From: Heteronotia binoei
Taxonomy: Eukaryota
Assembly (NCBI RefSeq): GCF_032191835.1
Contig: NC_083224.1
Coordinates: forward strand, 17,918,001 to 17,982,000
Length of the DNA: 64,000 nucleotides
Reading direction: 5' to 3'
Shown: positions 49,445 to 61,475 of the stretch, piece after piece
Layout: the number at the start of each line of letters is the position of its first letter
Numbering within the stretch: position 1 is the first letter of the stretch
The notes under the pieces: model-generated
Seen by the model: the letters and a program-made list of their open reading frames with translations, nothing else
Database searches by the model: none
What the model was told of the DNA's origin: nothing
Program-made: the position numbers and the translations under genes

Positions 49445-49832
49445 AACTCAGACACAAAATTCTGTACATGTTTGGAACAACTTACGTCTGTATACAGCTC
49501 TATTCTGGAATAAATGTCCATAAATTAAAGGTACATTTTCACCTTACAGATACACACCTAACCAACACACTCAAGATTGGTACAGCACAGACACTGACTC
49601 CATATTTTGATGCAGTAATTCAGAGAATGAGACGTATCAGATACCGTAAGGCTGTTCATTCTTTAAGTACGTTTGTACACTGAGTAAAAAATAATATTGT
49701 TTGGTTTGCCTATATTCTTTCTAAAGTTTATATCTCTGGTACCTGGCAACACATTGTACGGCACACATGGCCTGCCCCAACAAAGTGACATTTCTGTCAG
49801 ATTGTTGTAACAAATTAGTTCAACACCAATAG
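49445..49832 (+). mobile_element. hAT transposase remnant in the gene 3 3' UTR
   Basis: KILYMFGTTYVCIQLYSGINVHKLKVHFHLTDTHLTNTLKIGTAQ. Confidence 0.8.
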
Positions 49833-49909
49833 GCTAAGAAGTTACATGGTCTTTCCTTGTGTGGGTTCTCAGATGTTGTTGAAGATTACCACACTGACTG
49901 AACCTCTTT

Positions 49910-52389
49910 CTATTCGGAATTTTTCTGACCTTTGTGTATTCCTTGATGCTCCAGAAGATGGCCACTCTGACTGAATCTGTTCCCTCTTTCCGAGCATTCA
50001 TAACACTTCTCCCCTGTGTGGGTTTTTAGATGTTTCTGAAGACCACCACTCCGACTGAATCTCTTCTGACACTCTGGGCATTCAAAAGGCTTCTCCCCTG
50101 TGTGGGTTCTTTGATGCTGTTGAAGATGGCTACTCTGACTGAATCTCTTCCCACACTGTGAGCATTCAAAAGGCTTCTCCCCTGTGTGGGTTCTTAGATG
50201 ACTTTGAAGATTGCCACTGTGACTGAATCTCTTCCCACACTGTGAGCATTCAAAAGGCTTCTCCCCTGTGTGGGTTCTTACATGTTTTTCAAGACTGCTA
50301 CTGTAACTGAATCTCTTCCCACACTCTGAGCATTCAAAAGGCTTCTCCCCTGTGTGGGTTCTTAGATGTTTTATAAGACTGCTACTATCACTGAAACTCT
50401 TCCCACACTCTGAGCATTCAAAAGGCTTCTCCTCTATGTGGGTCCCTAGATGACTTTGAAGATGGCCACTGCGACTGAATTGCTTCCCACACTTTGAGCA
50501 TTCAAAAGGCTTCTCCCCTGTGTGGGTTTTTTGATGCTGTTGAAGATGGCTACTCTGACTGAATCTCTTCCCACACTGTGAGCATTCAAAAGGCTTCTCC
50601 CCTGTGTGGGTTCGTAGATGACTCTGAAGATTGCCACTACGACTGTATCTCTTCCCACATGAGCATTCAAAAGGCTTGTCCCCTGTGTGGGTTTTTAGAT
50701 GACTTTGAAGATCGCTACTACGACTGAAACTTTTCCCACACTCTGAGCATTCAAAAGGCTTCTCCCCTGTGTGGGTTCTTTGATGCTGTTGGAGATGGCC
50801 ACTGCGGCTGAACCTCTTCCCACACCCTGAGCATTCAAAAGGTTTCCACCCTGTGTGGGTTCTTTGATGCTGTTGAAGAGTGCTATTGTGACTGAATTTC
50901 CTCCCACACTCTGAGCATTTGAAAGGCTTCTCCCCTGTGTGGGTTCTTTGATGCAGTTGAAGACTGCCACTCCGACTGAATCTCTTCCCACACTCTGGAC
51001 ATTCAAAAGGCTTCTCCCCTGTGTGGGTTATTTGATGCTGCTGAAGATGGCCACTCCGACTGAATCTCTTCCCACATTCTGAACATTCAAAAGGCTTCTC
51101 CCCTGTGTGGGTCCTTAGATGACTTTGAAGATTGCCACTTTGGCTGAATCTCTTCCCACACCGTGAGCATTCAAAAGGCTTCCACCCTGTGTGGGTTCTT
51201 TGATGCTCTTGAAGAGTGCTATTGTGACCAAATTTCCTCCCACACTCTGAGCATTTGAAACGCTTCTCCCCTGTGTGGGTTCTTTGATGCAGTTGAAGAC
51301 GGCCACTCCGACTGAATCTCTTCCCACACTCTGGGCATTCAAAAAGCTTCTCCCCTGTGTGGGTTCTTTGATGCAGTTGAAGACTGCCACTCCAACTGAA
51401 TCTCTTCCCACACTCTGGGCATTCAAAAGGCTTCTCCCCTGTGTGGGTTCTTTGATGCTGTTCAAGATGGCCACTCCAACTGAATCTCTTCCCACATTCT
51501 GAGCATTCAAAAGGCTTCTCCCCCGTGTGGGTTCGTAGATGACTTTGAAGAGCATGATTTTGGCTGAATCTCTTCCTACACTCTGAGCATTCAAAAGGCT
51601 TCTCTCCTGTGTGGCTTCTTAGATGACTTTGAAGATTGCCACTGTGACTGAACCTCTTCCCACACTCTGAGCATTCAAAAGGCTTCTCTGCTGTGTGGTT
51701 TCTTTGATGCTGTTTAAGAAGGAAACTCTGACTGAATCTCTTCACATTCTCCGAGCCTTCAAAAGGTTTCTCTCCTGTGTGGATCCTTTGGTGTACAAAG
51801 AGCTGTGATTTATATCTGAAGTATTTTCCACACCGATAGCATTTACATGCCTTCGTTATACTATGTTTTGAAAAATTTATATTACCTTTTTTGCTATTCA
51901 AGAAAATCATTCCTTGCTCTGAACAGATAAAGGGTTTCTCTCCTGAATGAACTCTTCGGTGTTGAATAAAGTCTGATTTCTTTGAGAAGCTCTTGCCACC
52001 GTCTGAGCAGCTATGAGTTTTCTTTCCTCTATGTGTTCTGAGTTGTCTAAGGAACTCTGCTCTGGAAATCATGGCCTTTCCACGCTTCAGGCATTGATGG
52101 GTCTTTTTTCCACTGTGCATTCCGGAATGGACATTATATTGCATCTGATCTGAGAAGTTCATTCCACACTCCAAGCACTTGTATTTTCCCTCCAACATGG
52201 GAATTACTTCTTGGAAATTCCCCCTTTGGCAAGGAACAGATGTGTCCCTCTTCTTCACCCTGCGCCTGACTTTCTGCCTCTGAGGCTTGCTATGAATCCT
52301 GACATTTCTTCTCACATCTTCATTCTTGACTTTGTCTGGCGATAGATGATGCAGTTCCTCATCCTCCTCATTCCTCTGATCATCTACTG
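49910..52389 (-). CDS. Gene 3 last exon: about 27 finger units (about 22 with intact ligands)
   Basis: Open to the stop at 49910. Acceptor tttattccag|CA, phase 1. Confidence 0.95.
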
Positions 52390-52890
52390 CTGGAATAAAG
52401 AGAGAGAGAGATCTCCTGTTAGAATCCACACAAGGAGGTCTGATGCAGTCCTGAAGTTTTATCCATGCTCCAAATATTTCAGTGCTTTCCTCCTGTTTTA
52501 CAGTGAAGTTTACAATAATATGAACTTTGAAAGTACATTAAGCTTCCTGCAACAGAGGCACTTAATTGAGACTCTTATCATTTTTACGGCTCCCCACCTT
52601 TGTGACTTCTTTTATGTGAAGTAAAGGCTGTTTTATGATGGCAGCTGTTTCTGTACTGCAAGCACTTATACAATTGCTCCCCCAAGGGAATTAGCGTCTA
52701 CGAAATGACATTTATTCTCTGACTGAAGGTCTTTGCAAATGCCACACTTCTCTCCCCTTTTCTCTGCAATGGATTCTTTGGTTCACATGGAGGCCTTTGT
52801 TCTTTCTTTTGTTGTTTGACCTTCCTTCATGGACTGGGGTTTCAGGGAGGACCCCTCTTTGGCAAGGAATGGGCTTATCCCTCCTCTTAC

Positions 52891-53010
52891 CTGCATGGCT
52901 TTCCTTCTGCCTCTGTGGTCCATTTCCAAAGTTTTCTTCAGCATCTTCAATCTTGACTTTTTCCAAAGAGAAATCCTGAAATTCCCCAGCTGCCTCCTCT
53001 ACATCTGCTG
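52891..53010 (-). CDS. Gene 3 120-bp exon, phase 1-1 (AADVEEAAGEFQDFSLEKVKIEDAEENFGNGPQRQKESHAG)
   Basis: ttattccag| ... cag|gtaaga. Confidence 0.75.
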
Positions 53011-54246
53011 CTGGAATAAGGAAAGAGTTTCAATCAGCACCCATGCAAGAAGCCAAGCCATCAGTCAGGCACTCCTCACTCCTGGGTCTCCATTTCTTTT
53101 ATAAGATCTTCTTTCCGTCCAAGGTGAGCTACTGATCACACCTCATTTCTACCTGGGCCTTCGGTAGAGCTGTTTTTATATTCTGCCCATCCCTCCTCTC
53201 CCCAAACATATTTTAAGGCAGAAGGTGGGAAAGAGTGATTTCCTCCACTGCTCCCATTTGACTTGCCGTGCAGCTCTTTCGACTCTCTGTTCTTGAAGAT
53301 TAAATACAAGTTATCATGAAATCCAGTCCTGCAACTGCACTGAGAGTTTCCTTCCAGTTGTGAAGAGAGCCAGCTGCATAACAATCCCTGGGTTAGGAGA
53401 GCAGGCATGCAGCCAGCCAACCCCCAGGGGCTTTGCCACACCCCCAGCAGCCTTCACTAACCCCTGGAGAAGCCCGTGCCACCATTTCTCCACTTCTTAT
53501 GTCATTTTGGGCAGCGGGTGGCTTGCTGGCCTTTTGACTGTGGAGGGGGGGGCGGCCCAGGAAAGCAAGGCCTGCTTGGGCTGGCTGGATCTCTAGCCAG
53601 CCCAAGCAGGCCTCACTCACCCGGGGCTCTCCTTTCTTGCACTGGGTTGCTTTGGCTGGGGGGGGGGAGCAGCATAGTCTGATAAGTTATGCTAATGAGC
53701 TCCACCACTTATTTTTCTACAAAACGACCCTTGAGCACAGGGGTGTCATTATTGTCAACCCTCTTCCCTGGGGAGGGGGTAGACAATGCCAGCCGGCTTT
53801 AGAGAAACCTGGGCACCAGAGAGCGCTGAGTGGACAGGTATACCTGGCTTTTCTCTGTCTGTATGTTTTTCTGTGGGAGACGCTTTCCTGCCTCAAGGGA
53901 TTGGAAGGGACTTAACCTTCGGGAAGTTGTGAAGAAGTCTGGTTCACTCAAAATGGATTCTGTCTCAGAAAGATTGGTCAGGATGTTTGTGGCCTGCTTG
54001 TTCATTTTTCTCTAGAGATTCAACTGAGTAGCTGGGAAGAAGAGTGCAGTGAACTTGCACAAAAGTCATAACATTAGCTGTGACTCTTTTTTTCTGCACG
54101 CTTATCTAATTGGTACATTCCATTCAATTAGCCGCCTGGACAGGGTGCAATAGTTGGCTGCAGACAACAGTAGCACTCTCTCTTATGCTCAGAGACGAGA
54201 AGATCATATGGTCAACCATTCGCTAACATATTTGATCACAGAAACT

Positions 54247-54438
54247 TGCTTGCAGCCCTGATTGGTGCAAAGGCCTAGTAAAATGTGAGACTCCTAGCAA
54301 TAAAGGTAACATCTCAAACCTTATTCTTTAGCCTGGAAGGTGCCTACACACTGCAATGGCACCTTCCAGGCTAAAGAATAGGGCTTGCTAGGAGTCTCAC
54401 ATTTTACTAGGCCTTTGCACCAATCAGGGCTGCAAGCA
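54247..54438. repeat. Long intronic hairpin: 54-bp perfect outer stem plus 26-bp inner stem
   Basis: 54247-54300 is the exact reverse complement of 54385-54438. 54319-54344 pairs with 54358-54383 (1 mismatch) around a 13-nt loop. Confidence 0.95.
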
Positions 54439-54616
54439 CCTCGACTTTGGCAGCTGCCACCAGCCCTCTGTGCTTCCCCCTCTAGTATGGAGCCAAAGGA
54501 TCAACTCCAGACCTCACCGGGAATGATAAAGAATTCCTCCCTGCAAGGTAAACTCATATCAGGAATTCACAAGAGTTAAGTTTCAGTGGTAGGTGGTCTT
54601 GCCAGTCTAAGGCACT

Positions 54617-54905
54617 AGAGCCAGTTAGGTGTAGTGGTTAAGTGCACAGGCTCTTATCTGGGAGAACTGGGTTTGATTCCCCACTCCTCCACATACACCC
54701 ACTGATGTGACCTTGGGTCAGCCACAAGTTCTCTCAGGGCTGTTCTGCTCAAGAGCAATTCTGGGAGAGCTCTCTCAGCCCCGCCTACCTCACAGGGTGT
54801 CTGTTGCAGGGAGGGGAAGGGAAAGGAGATTTGGAAGCTGCTCTGAGACTCCTTTGGCTAGAGATAGGTGGAGTATAAATCTAATCTCTTCTTTTCTTCT
54901 TCTTC
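54617..54905 (+). mobile_element. Older Squam3-type SINE
   Basis: Diverged head and body. Confidence 0.7.
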
Positions 54906-56565
54906 TTCGAGAATGGTATTGCAAGCTGCAGTGACAAATAACCAGTTATGAATTTGAAAAGGTATTTTTATTTAGGAGCAGATAATGCTTAAATACTTTA
55001 AGAACAGTTCAGTGAGAGGAGAAAATAAGAAAGCTAAATATTAAGGTGCTAGCTAAAATGCTGCAAAGACAATGGTTCACAAAATACAAGATGTTACCCT
55101 TCCAGTTGCAGGGTTCAAGACAACTCATCTCCAGAGTTCAGTGAACCAGTGTTAAGTTCCCAAATAGTTGAGGTGCCTGCAGGTGGACCCATCGGTTTGT
55201 AAATTGGTTGCCTGCTACCTTGAACCCAAAGGTTACCAGCTGGGTCTGGGTTGGTGACCTTTGTGACAGAAGGAGTTGTTCACCTAACTCTTGGGGAGAT
55301 GGGAGGTTGCAGCAGCGCTTTCTCTAAACTGTGGATTAACTAATTCTGCTTCAACTGAAAACTTGTTTCTGAGTTTATTGGACTATTGAATCTCTTCAAC
55401 AGCGCACAATCCCACTTTTATGGGGTGAGGATTGATCCACCTCACAGCAGCAGAGGCTGTTGTCTGGTTTGGCTTAAACCAGTTCCCCCTGGGTTGCAGT
55501 GTTAACCGCTATTAACTGGTAGGACTACTTGCTGCAGAACACCCCTGCAAGGAAGAACAGCTCCAAAGAAAGCATTCAGACCCATCTCCAACTAATAGGA
55601 AGGCCTGAAGGCATCCATGTGAAGAATGAAGGAAAGGGGTGATGTGCCTTTGGCCTCATCTAGCAGGGCTGTTCTTAGGTAAACCCCACCTTTTCCTGGA
55701 ATATCCAGTTAAGGCTAGCGCAGCCGCTCAAGAGCTGCAAGTAAGCTAGGCTCCAAAAGGATCTTATAAGTGTTGGATTCCAGATCTGAGGCCTCTCTCT
55801 CTCTCTTCACTCAGCATACTTGGTAATTCTACCAAACCAAGTGTTGTTTAGAAGTGAAGAGGAAAGTTCCCTTGGGGATTCCTTGCCCAGTCCCTTGACA
55901 TAAGTGCAAAGGATACTCACTTGCTGCTAGTTCGTTTGGGAAGGAAACAGTCTCTTCCGATCTTCCAGAGAAACTCTGGAAGAGTAGGCCTTTGTCTATC
56001 TCCAACGGAGGATCTCTTACATTCCTGGCTGCTTTGACAGAGAGAGAGAGAGAGAAAGGGGGGTAGAGGGAGGGAGGGAGAGGGAGGAGATAGATGATTT
56101 TTATACAAGGAAGTAAAGAAATCCAAGAAAGAGGAACATTTCTTCAGGAAGGACAGAACCATGATCTAGATCAAAGCCTACACCGCCAACCACTCTTAGG
56201 AGGATGAATCTTTTCCAAATTACAGAGTGGATGGCCAAAATCCCATCTGGGGAAGGGGATGTTGTAAAGGTGAACTGAGAAATCAGGATCCAGAGTCCTT
56301 CTGAGGGCCTCTCAGCCCTGCCTTGGCCTCAGGCTAAAACATCTTCTCTAGCTTGGTGATGGCCACAACACTGGCCTCAGCTGCCCCTGGATCAGTGGGG
56401 TGGGTTGTATCACTCTACCTGGCCCTGCTGAACATCACTTTCATGACCACCTCAACTTCTCAAGGCACCCAGTGGCCGCCAATTACCTGCACTGGCCTCA
56501 CAAACATACACTGCTGTTGATCCATGCATCATCCCAATGGCAGCGATTCACACCTTTAGCACTTA

Positions 56566-56826
<261 letters not shown>

Positions 56827-56913
56827 TCAGAGCTTCTTTTCCTCAGACAGGAGCAAAAGCTTCCCTGAGAAAGAACTGAGGGCCCTGACTATCCCCCGTT
56901 TATCCCCCCCTAC

Positions 56914-56984
56914 CTGGACCAGAGGCCAAGGAGGCATTTTCTCTTTTCTGTAAAGAAAACGGCTTGATAACATCTCTTCGCTAC
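56914..56984 (-). CDS. Gene 3 71-bp exon; candidate new start ATG at 56973 (MLSSRFLYRKEKMPPWPLVQ)
   Basis: cccttgcag|/|gtaggg flanks, in frame with KRAB-A. No homologue of the upstream coding exons was found. Confidence 0.65.
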
Positions 56985-57790
56985 CTGCAAGGGAGACAAA
57001 ATGGGAAGGAAGAATTTTAGCCTGAAATTCCTATTTTGTTTGCTTGTCTCAATTTTGTTTATGCACCCCAGTTCTCAGGGTTGTGAAACCTTCTTTTCTT
57101 CACGCTCAAGAAAATTTGTAATAACTTTTAGTGAACTGTGGGAGAGGTGGAAGAGAAGCCCCTGGTACCGATGAACCTCTGGAGGTTATAAATGCTGCCA
57201 ACACATTGCAAACATCTGTGAAATTTGAAATGTGCCCTGTGAGCCCTGGAGTTCAAACGGTGTCAGTATCCCAGCTAGATCACACCAAAAGCCCAAGCAT
57301 GACATTCTCCCGCCTGCTGGGCCTTCTTACCCATCCTGGAGCCTGGACTGGCAGGAGAAAAACAGGTGACTGGAAATCATGTGACACGACACAAGGCCAT
57401 CACATCCAGTCCTAAACACAAGTGATTTTAGTATATCAGCTAAATCTTTTGGGTGGTTCCAATTTGTTTTCAGAGCATCTGCTGATACTCTGACTTCACA
57501 TCCAGGTAGTTGGCCGAGTGAGACATGAAAATGATACCATGTCCGCCCCATGCTCCACCCTCAAAAGGGGGGCAAGCAATGGCCTAGCCTCCCTAATCCA
57601 GTGTCCTCTTTCTGAGTGTTGCCCCCCAGATGCCCCAAAGTCTTTAAACTGGCACATATAGCCCAAAGCATTGTCCTCTGGCAATGGGTTTTCTGAGATT
57701 TGCTGCCCCAGAACAGTGTGTGTGTGTTTGTGTGTGTCTAAAGTGCTGTCACGTCACAGCTGACTTATGGTGACTCCAGTTCTTCAAGGC

Positions 57791-58067
57791 AAGAAGAAGT
57801 TGATATTGGATTTATATCCCGCCCTCCACGCCGAATCTCAGAGCAGCTCACAATCTCCTTTTACCTTCCTCCCCCACAACAGGCACTCTGTGAGGTGGGT
57901 GGGGCTGAGAGGACTCTCACAGCAGCTGCTCTTTCAAGGACAACCTCTGCCAGAGCTATGGCTGACCCAAGGCCATTCCAGCAGGTGCGAGTGGAGGAGT
58001 GGGGAATCAAACCCGGTTCTCCCAGATAAGAGTCCGCACACTTAACCACTACACCAAACTGGCTCTC
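57791..58067 (-). mobile_element. Squam3-type SINE
   Basis: Full-length match to the other copies. Confidence 0.85.
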
Positions 58068-58199
58068 TACATTCAGAGACATTCAGAGGCAGTAAACCTC
58101 TGCAAATAGCACACAAGAGGGGACCAGGAAAGGCCTTGTATTGGCTGCCACGACTTTGGTAAGGGTCTGTACGGCAGAGCCCTGAGCACCTACCTAACC

Positions 58200-58685
58200 C
58201 CGGTATTTATTTATTTTATTATATTTATATCCTGCCCTCCCCTATTGGGCTCAGGGCGGCTCACAACAGTTAAAATACACAATGTTAAAACAAATTACAG
58301 TAAAATCATTAAAATCCATTGTATACATACACTTGCCATTTCAGTTCTAAAATCCAAGATGGCATCAGTATTATTCATTCGTATTTGGCATACGATAGTG
58401 TTGCTCAGTGCTGTGGTATAGGGGGTCGCATTCCCTGTTAGTTGTTAAAAGCTAACAGTTCTGTTTTGCAGGCCCGGCGGAATTGTGGCAAGTCCCGCCG
58501 CAGGGACCTGATATTTTTTAGGAGAGCGTTCCAAGGGGCAGGGGCTGCTACTGAAAAAGCTCTTGTTCTGGTGGAAGCCAGCCGAGTGTCTTTTGGACCG
58601 GGGATCAGAAGAAGATTTTGGGTATTTGATCTTAGTGCTCTCTGGGGCTCATATGGAGAAAGGCGGTCCTGGAGGTATCTTCCCT
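58200..58685 (-). mobile_element. L2 3' fragment
   Basis: L2-type 3' end and degraded ORF2 C-terminus. Confidence 0.7.
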
Positions 58686-58827
58686 ACTAACAAGTACCTT
58701 TTAACTGTGACCGAAGAGACGTGAGGATCCAGGCAATTTAACAAGAAGTTTATTGTAGGTGTTCTAGAATGACAAGTGGGTAGTAAAACATTTAATGCCA
58801 CAGTGAATAAAGAGAAATAAAGTCAAA

Positions 58828-59275
58828 GCGATGGTATTCCCAGTGGTGATGTATGGCTGTGAGAGCTGGGCCGTAAGGAAGGCCGAGTGCAGAAGAATAG
58901 ATGCTTTTGAGATGTGGTGCTGGAGAAGACTCTTGAGAGTCCCTTGGACTGCAAGAAGATTCAATCAGTCAGTCCTAAGGGAAATCAACCCAGACTGTTC
59001 CCTGAAAGGTCAGATGCTGAAGCTGAAGTTCAAATACTTTGGCCACCAAATGAGAAGGGAGCACTCCCTGGGGAAGACCCTGATGCTGGGAAAGACAGAA
59101 GGCAAAAGAAGAAGGGGACGGCAAAAGAGGAGACGGCTGGACAGTGTGACTGATGTAACAAACACGAATTTGAGCAGACTTCGGAGGATGGTGGAAGACA
59201 GGAGGGCCTGGCGTGACTTGGTCCACGGGGTCGCAAAGAGTCGGACTCGACTGTGCGACTGAACAACAACGACGA
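58828..59275 (+). mobile_element. Bov-B 3' fragment
   Basis: MVFPVVMYGCESWAVRKAECRRIDAFEMWCWRRLLRVPW...TRLCD plus a (caa) tail. Confidence 0.95.
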
Positions 59276-60109
59276 ATAAAGAAACAGTAAAGGTTGGTGT
59301 AAATAAATAAAAGCCCTGATGCCTCTGACTAGACGGTCTCTTCTTTAAAGTCAAACCAATTCACTCACCCTCCCTGGATGAGGGATCTCTCTACTTCTGC
59401 AACCTCCATCTCCACCTGCCCAGCCTCAGCAGAAAGAACAAACTTCCCTGTCCAGTGGGTCTATTTATGCTTTCCTCCCAGGTACCACCCCGTCTGGGCT
59501 AGTTTTCCCTGTTACCCAATCAAGAGGGACAGAAGCAAGCCTGGGAAGTGTAAGCCCCTGTATTTACTCCTAGGCAGGCTTCTCCCTGCCCTGTGGGCCG
59601 CATCAGATGATGACATCCAGTGCCGGAGCCCCAGGCAAGGCGCCGCTGTTCCCCTTGATGCCAGCACTGCTGAGGGCAAACACAGCAATAGCAAGGCTCC
59701 CGGTCTCAGCTGCCCCAGTCCACTGTTGCTATGCCTCTTATGTCAGTAATGCGAGAGGCAGAGTGACAGCGGGCAGGGGCGGCGCACATGGCGAGACTGG
59801 GAGCGTTGTTGCCACTTCCAAGCAGACTATTTCCATCCGCTTAGCAGCAAGGGAGTGTGGGAGGGCCCAAACCGGCGCCCTCTCCCCAGCTTGGCGCTCC
59901 AGGCAGCTGCCTACGGCTGCCCAATGGACGTACCGAGCCTGATGACACCCCCCTCCCACAAGACTGTGCATCTTTCCCCTGTCCTTTCCCTGGTGACAGT
60001 GTGACTGGTGCTTGCATCAGGAACTGCAGTATTTACATTTAAAAAAAAAAAATCTGTTGGGGATGTTATGAGCTTGGCTTCCGATTTCTGGGGATCAGTC
60101 TGTCTAGTG

Positions 60110-60399
60110 CAGAGGTGTTGAACTCATTTGTCATGAGGGCCGGATGTGACGTAAATGAGACTTTGTTGGGCTCAGCCATGTTGGGCTGGGCCATGTGTGT
60201 ACCTATTTAAGGTTAGATAGCAGAGGTATACATAACAGAAAGAAAGCAAACAGAAGGGGGAGTGAGAGGTGGAAAGAAAGCGACTTTAAATGCGTTCTCC
60301 AAGCTCCAGTGGAGGGGGCGTGGAATGGGGTTTCAAGAGTCACACAATTTGTGTGAAAGAGCCACATGTGGCTCCCCAGCCACAGTTTGGCCACCCCTG
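60110..60399. mobile_element. hAT MITE or chimera of two MITE halves
   Basis: cagaggtgttgaactcatttg ... ggccacccctg. The flanks share only a central ctag. Confidence 0.6.
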
Positions 60400-60849
60400 C
60401 CCTAGACTCCGGAGGTTGAAGTTGAGGTTGTCTTACATCTTCCTTTCAAAGAAATATGATATGCCAGACAGCTGATAAAGTGGATTTTCGTTCTTCCAAT
60501 ATTATGTCATAGTAATTCTATTAAAAAAGATATTTTGAGCAGCGCTATACCGCCCCCCCCCCCCCCCATGTCCACTGAAGTCAGTCAGCTTAGAAGGGTG
60601 CAACTCTGTTTAGGATTGCGCTGTTTATCTTCTAGTTTTCATCAGGGACACTGCAATATTTTGCTATTTTGCTAACTGCTGGTGCTCATCCACGCCCTCC
60701 CCACAGGTAACCTCACCGAGTCACAGGTGGCTCACAATCGGACGCCCCCCAGAGGGCCGGCCCCTAGGCAATCACCTAGTTTGCCTATTGGCAGAGGCAG
60801 CCCTGCTCCCCCTGACAAAGGGAAACTCCGACGTAGAAGAGCTGCACGT

Positions 60850-61475
60850 TTAAAAAGGTCTTAAACGTCCTCCCAACACTTAGCAAGAGCACGTTTTGTA
60901 TTTTTGGAGGCTGCACGGACTTACTGGGGAAGGCACCTTTCAGGGGCTCCGGCTGCCGGGCTTTTCTGCCTTGGCTTTCGCCCCCCCCCTTCTCTCTCTC
61001 CACCCCCTCCCTTTCCTGCCCTCTCTAGCCCAGAGCTCGGCTCTTTTAACCCTTTCGCGGCTGCAGAGCTCCGGGAAAAGCTCCCTCTCCCGCTGCAGTC
61101 AGCAGACGCCCTACGATGCAGCTCAGTGGGGCTGCTCGGGAGTCACAGGGCTTCGTTCTCGGGGAACCGCTGACTGCAGCCGGGCGGAATGAAGCCCAGT
61201 CCCGCGGGGAGGCGGTGGTCTTGACGGGGAGGGCATTGCAGGGAGCTTTTCCCCGCGACTCTGCAGCCGTGAAAGGGTTAAAACAGCAGAGCTCTTGGCT
61301 AGAGAGACCGATAAAAAAGGGGGGGGGGAGAAAGAGAGCGGGGGGGAGGTTTCAGACCCTTCCAAAGCGAGAAGATCCTGGCAGCCGGGAAGGTTCCCTC
61401 TGCAGTGAGTCCAAAAATACTAATTGGGCTCTGGCCACGTGTTGGGAGGAAGGAGGTGTTTAAATGCTTTGCAGA
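60850..61475. promoter_or_regulatory. CpG-rich palindromic bidirectional promoter with two divergent non-coding first exons (genes 3 and 4)
   Basis: Inverted arms about 60850-61103 and 61169-61475. Donors are ccca|GTAAGT on minus (intron starts 60924) and tgca|GTGAGT on plus (intron starts 61405). Confidence 0.75.

Noticed and set aside
57020-60040. Short ORFs in the sequence replacing the gene 3 SCAN exon (e.g. 57131..57415, 59378..59749, 59607..59942)
   Set aside because: No recognisable domains or consistent exon structure. They are compatible with chance ORFs in GC-rich repeat-derived DNA.
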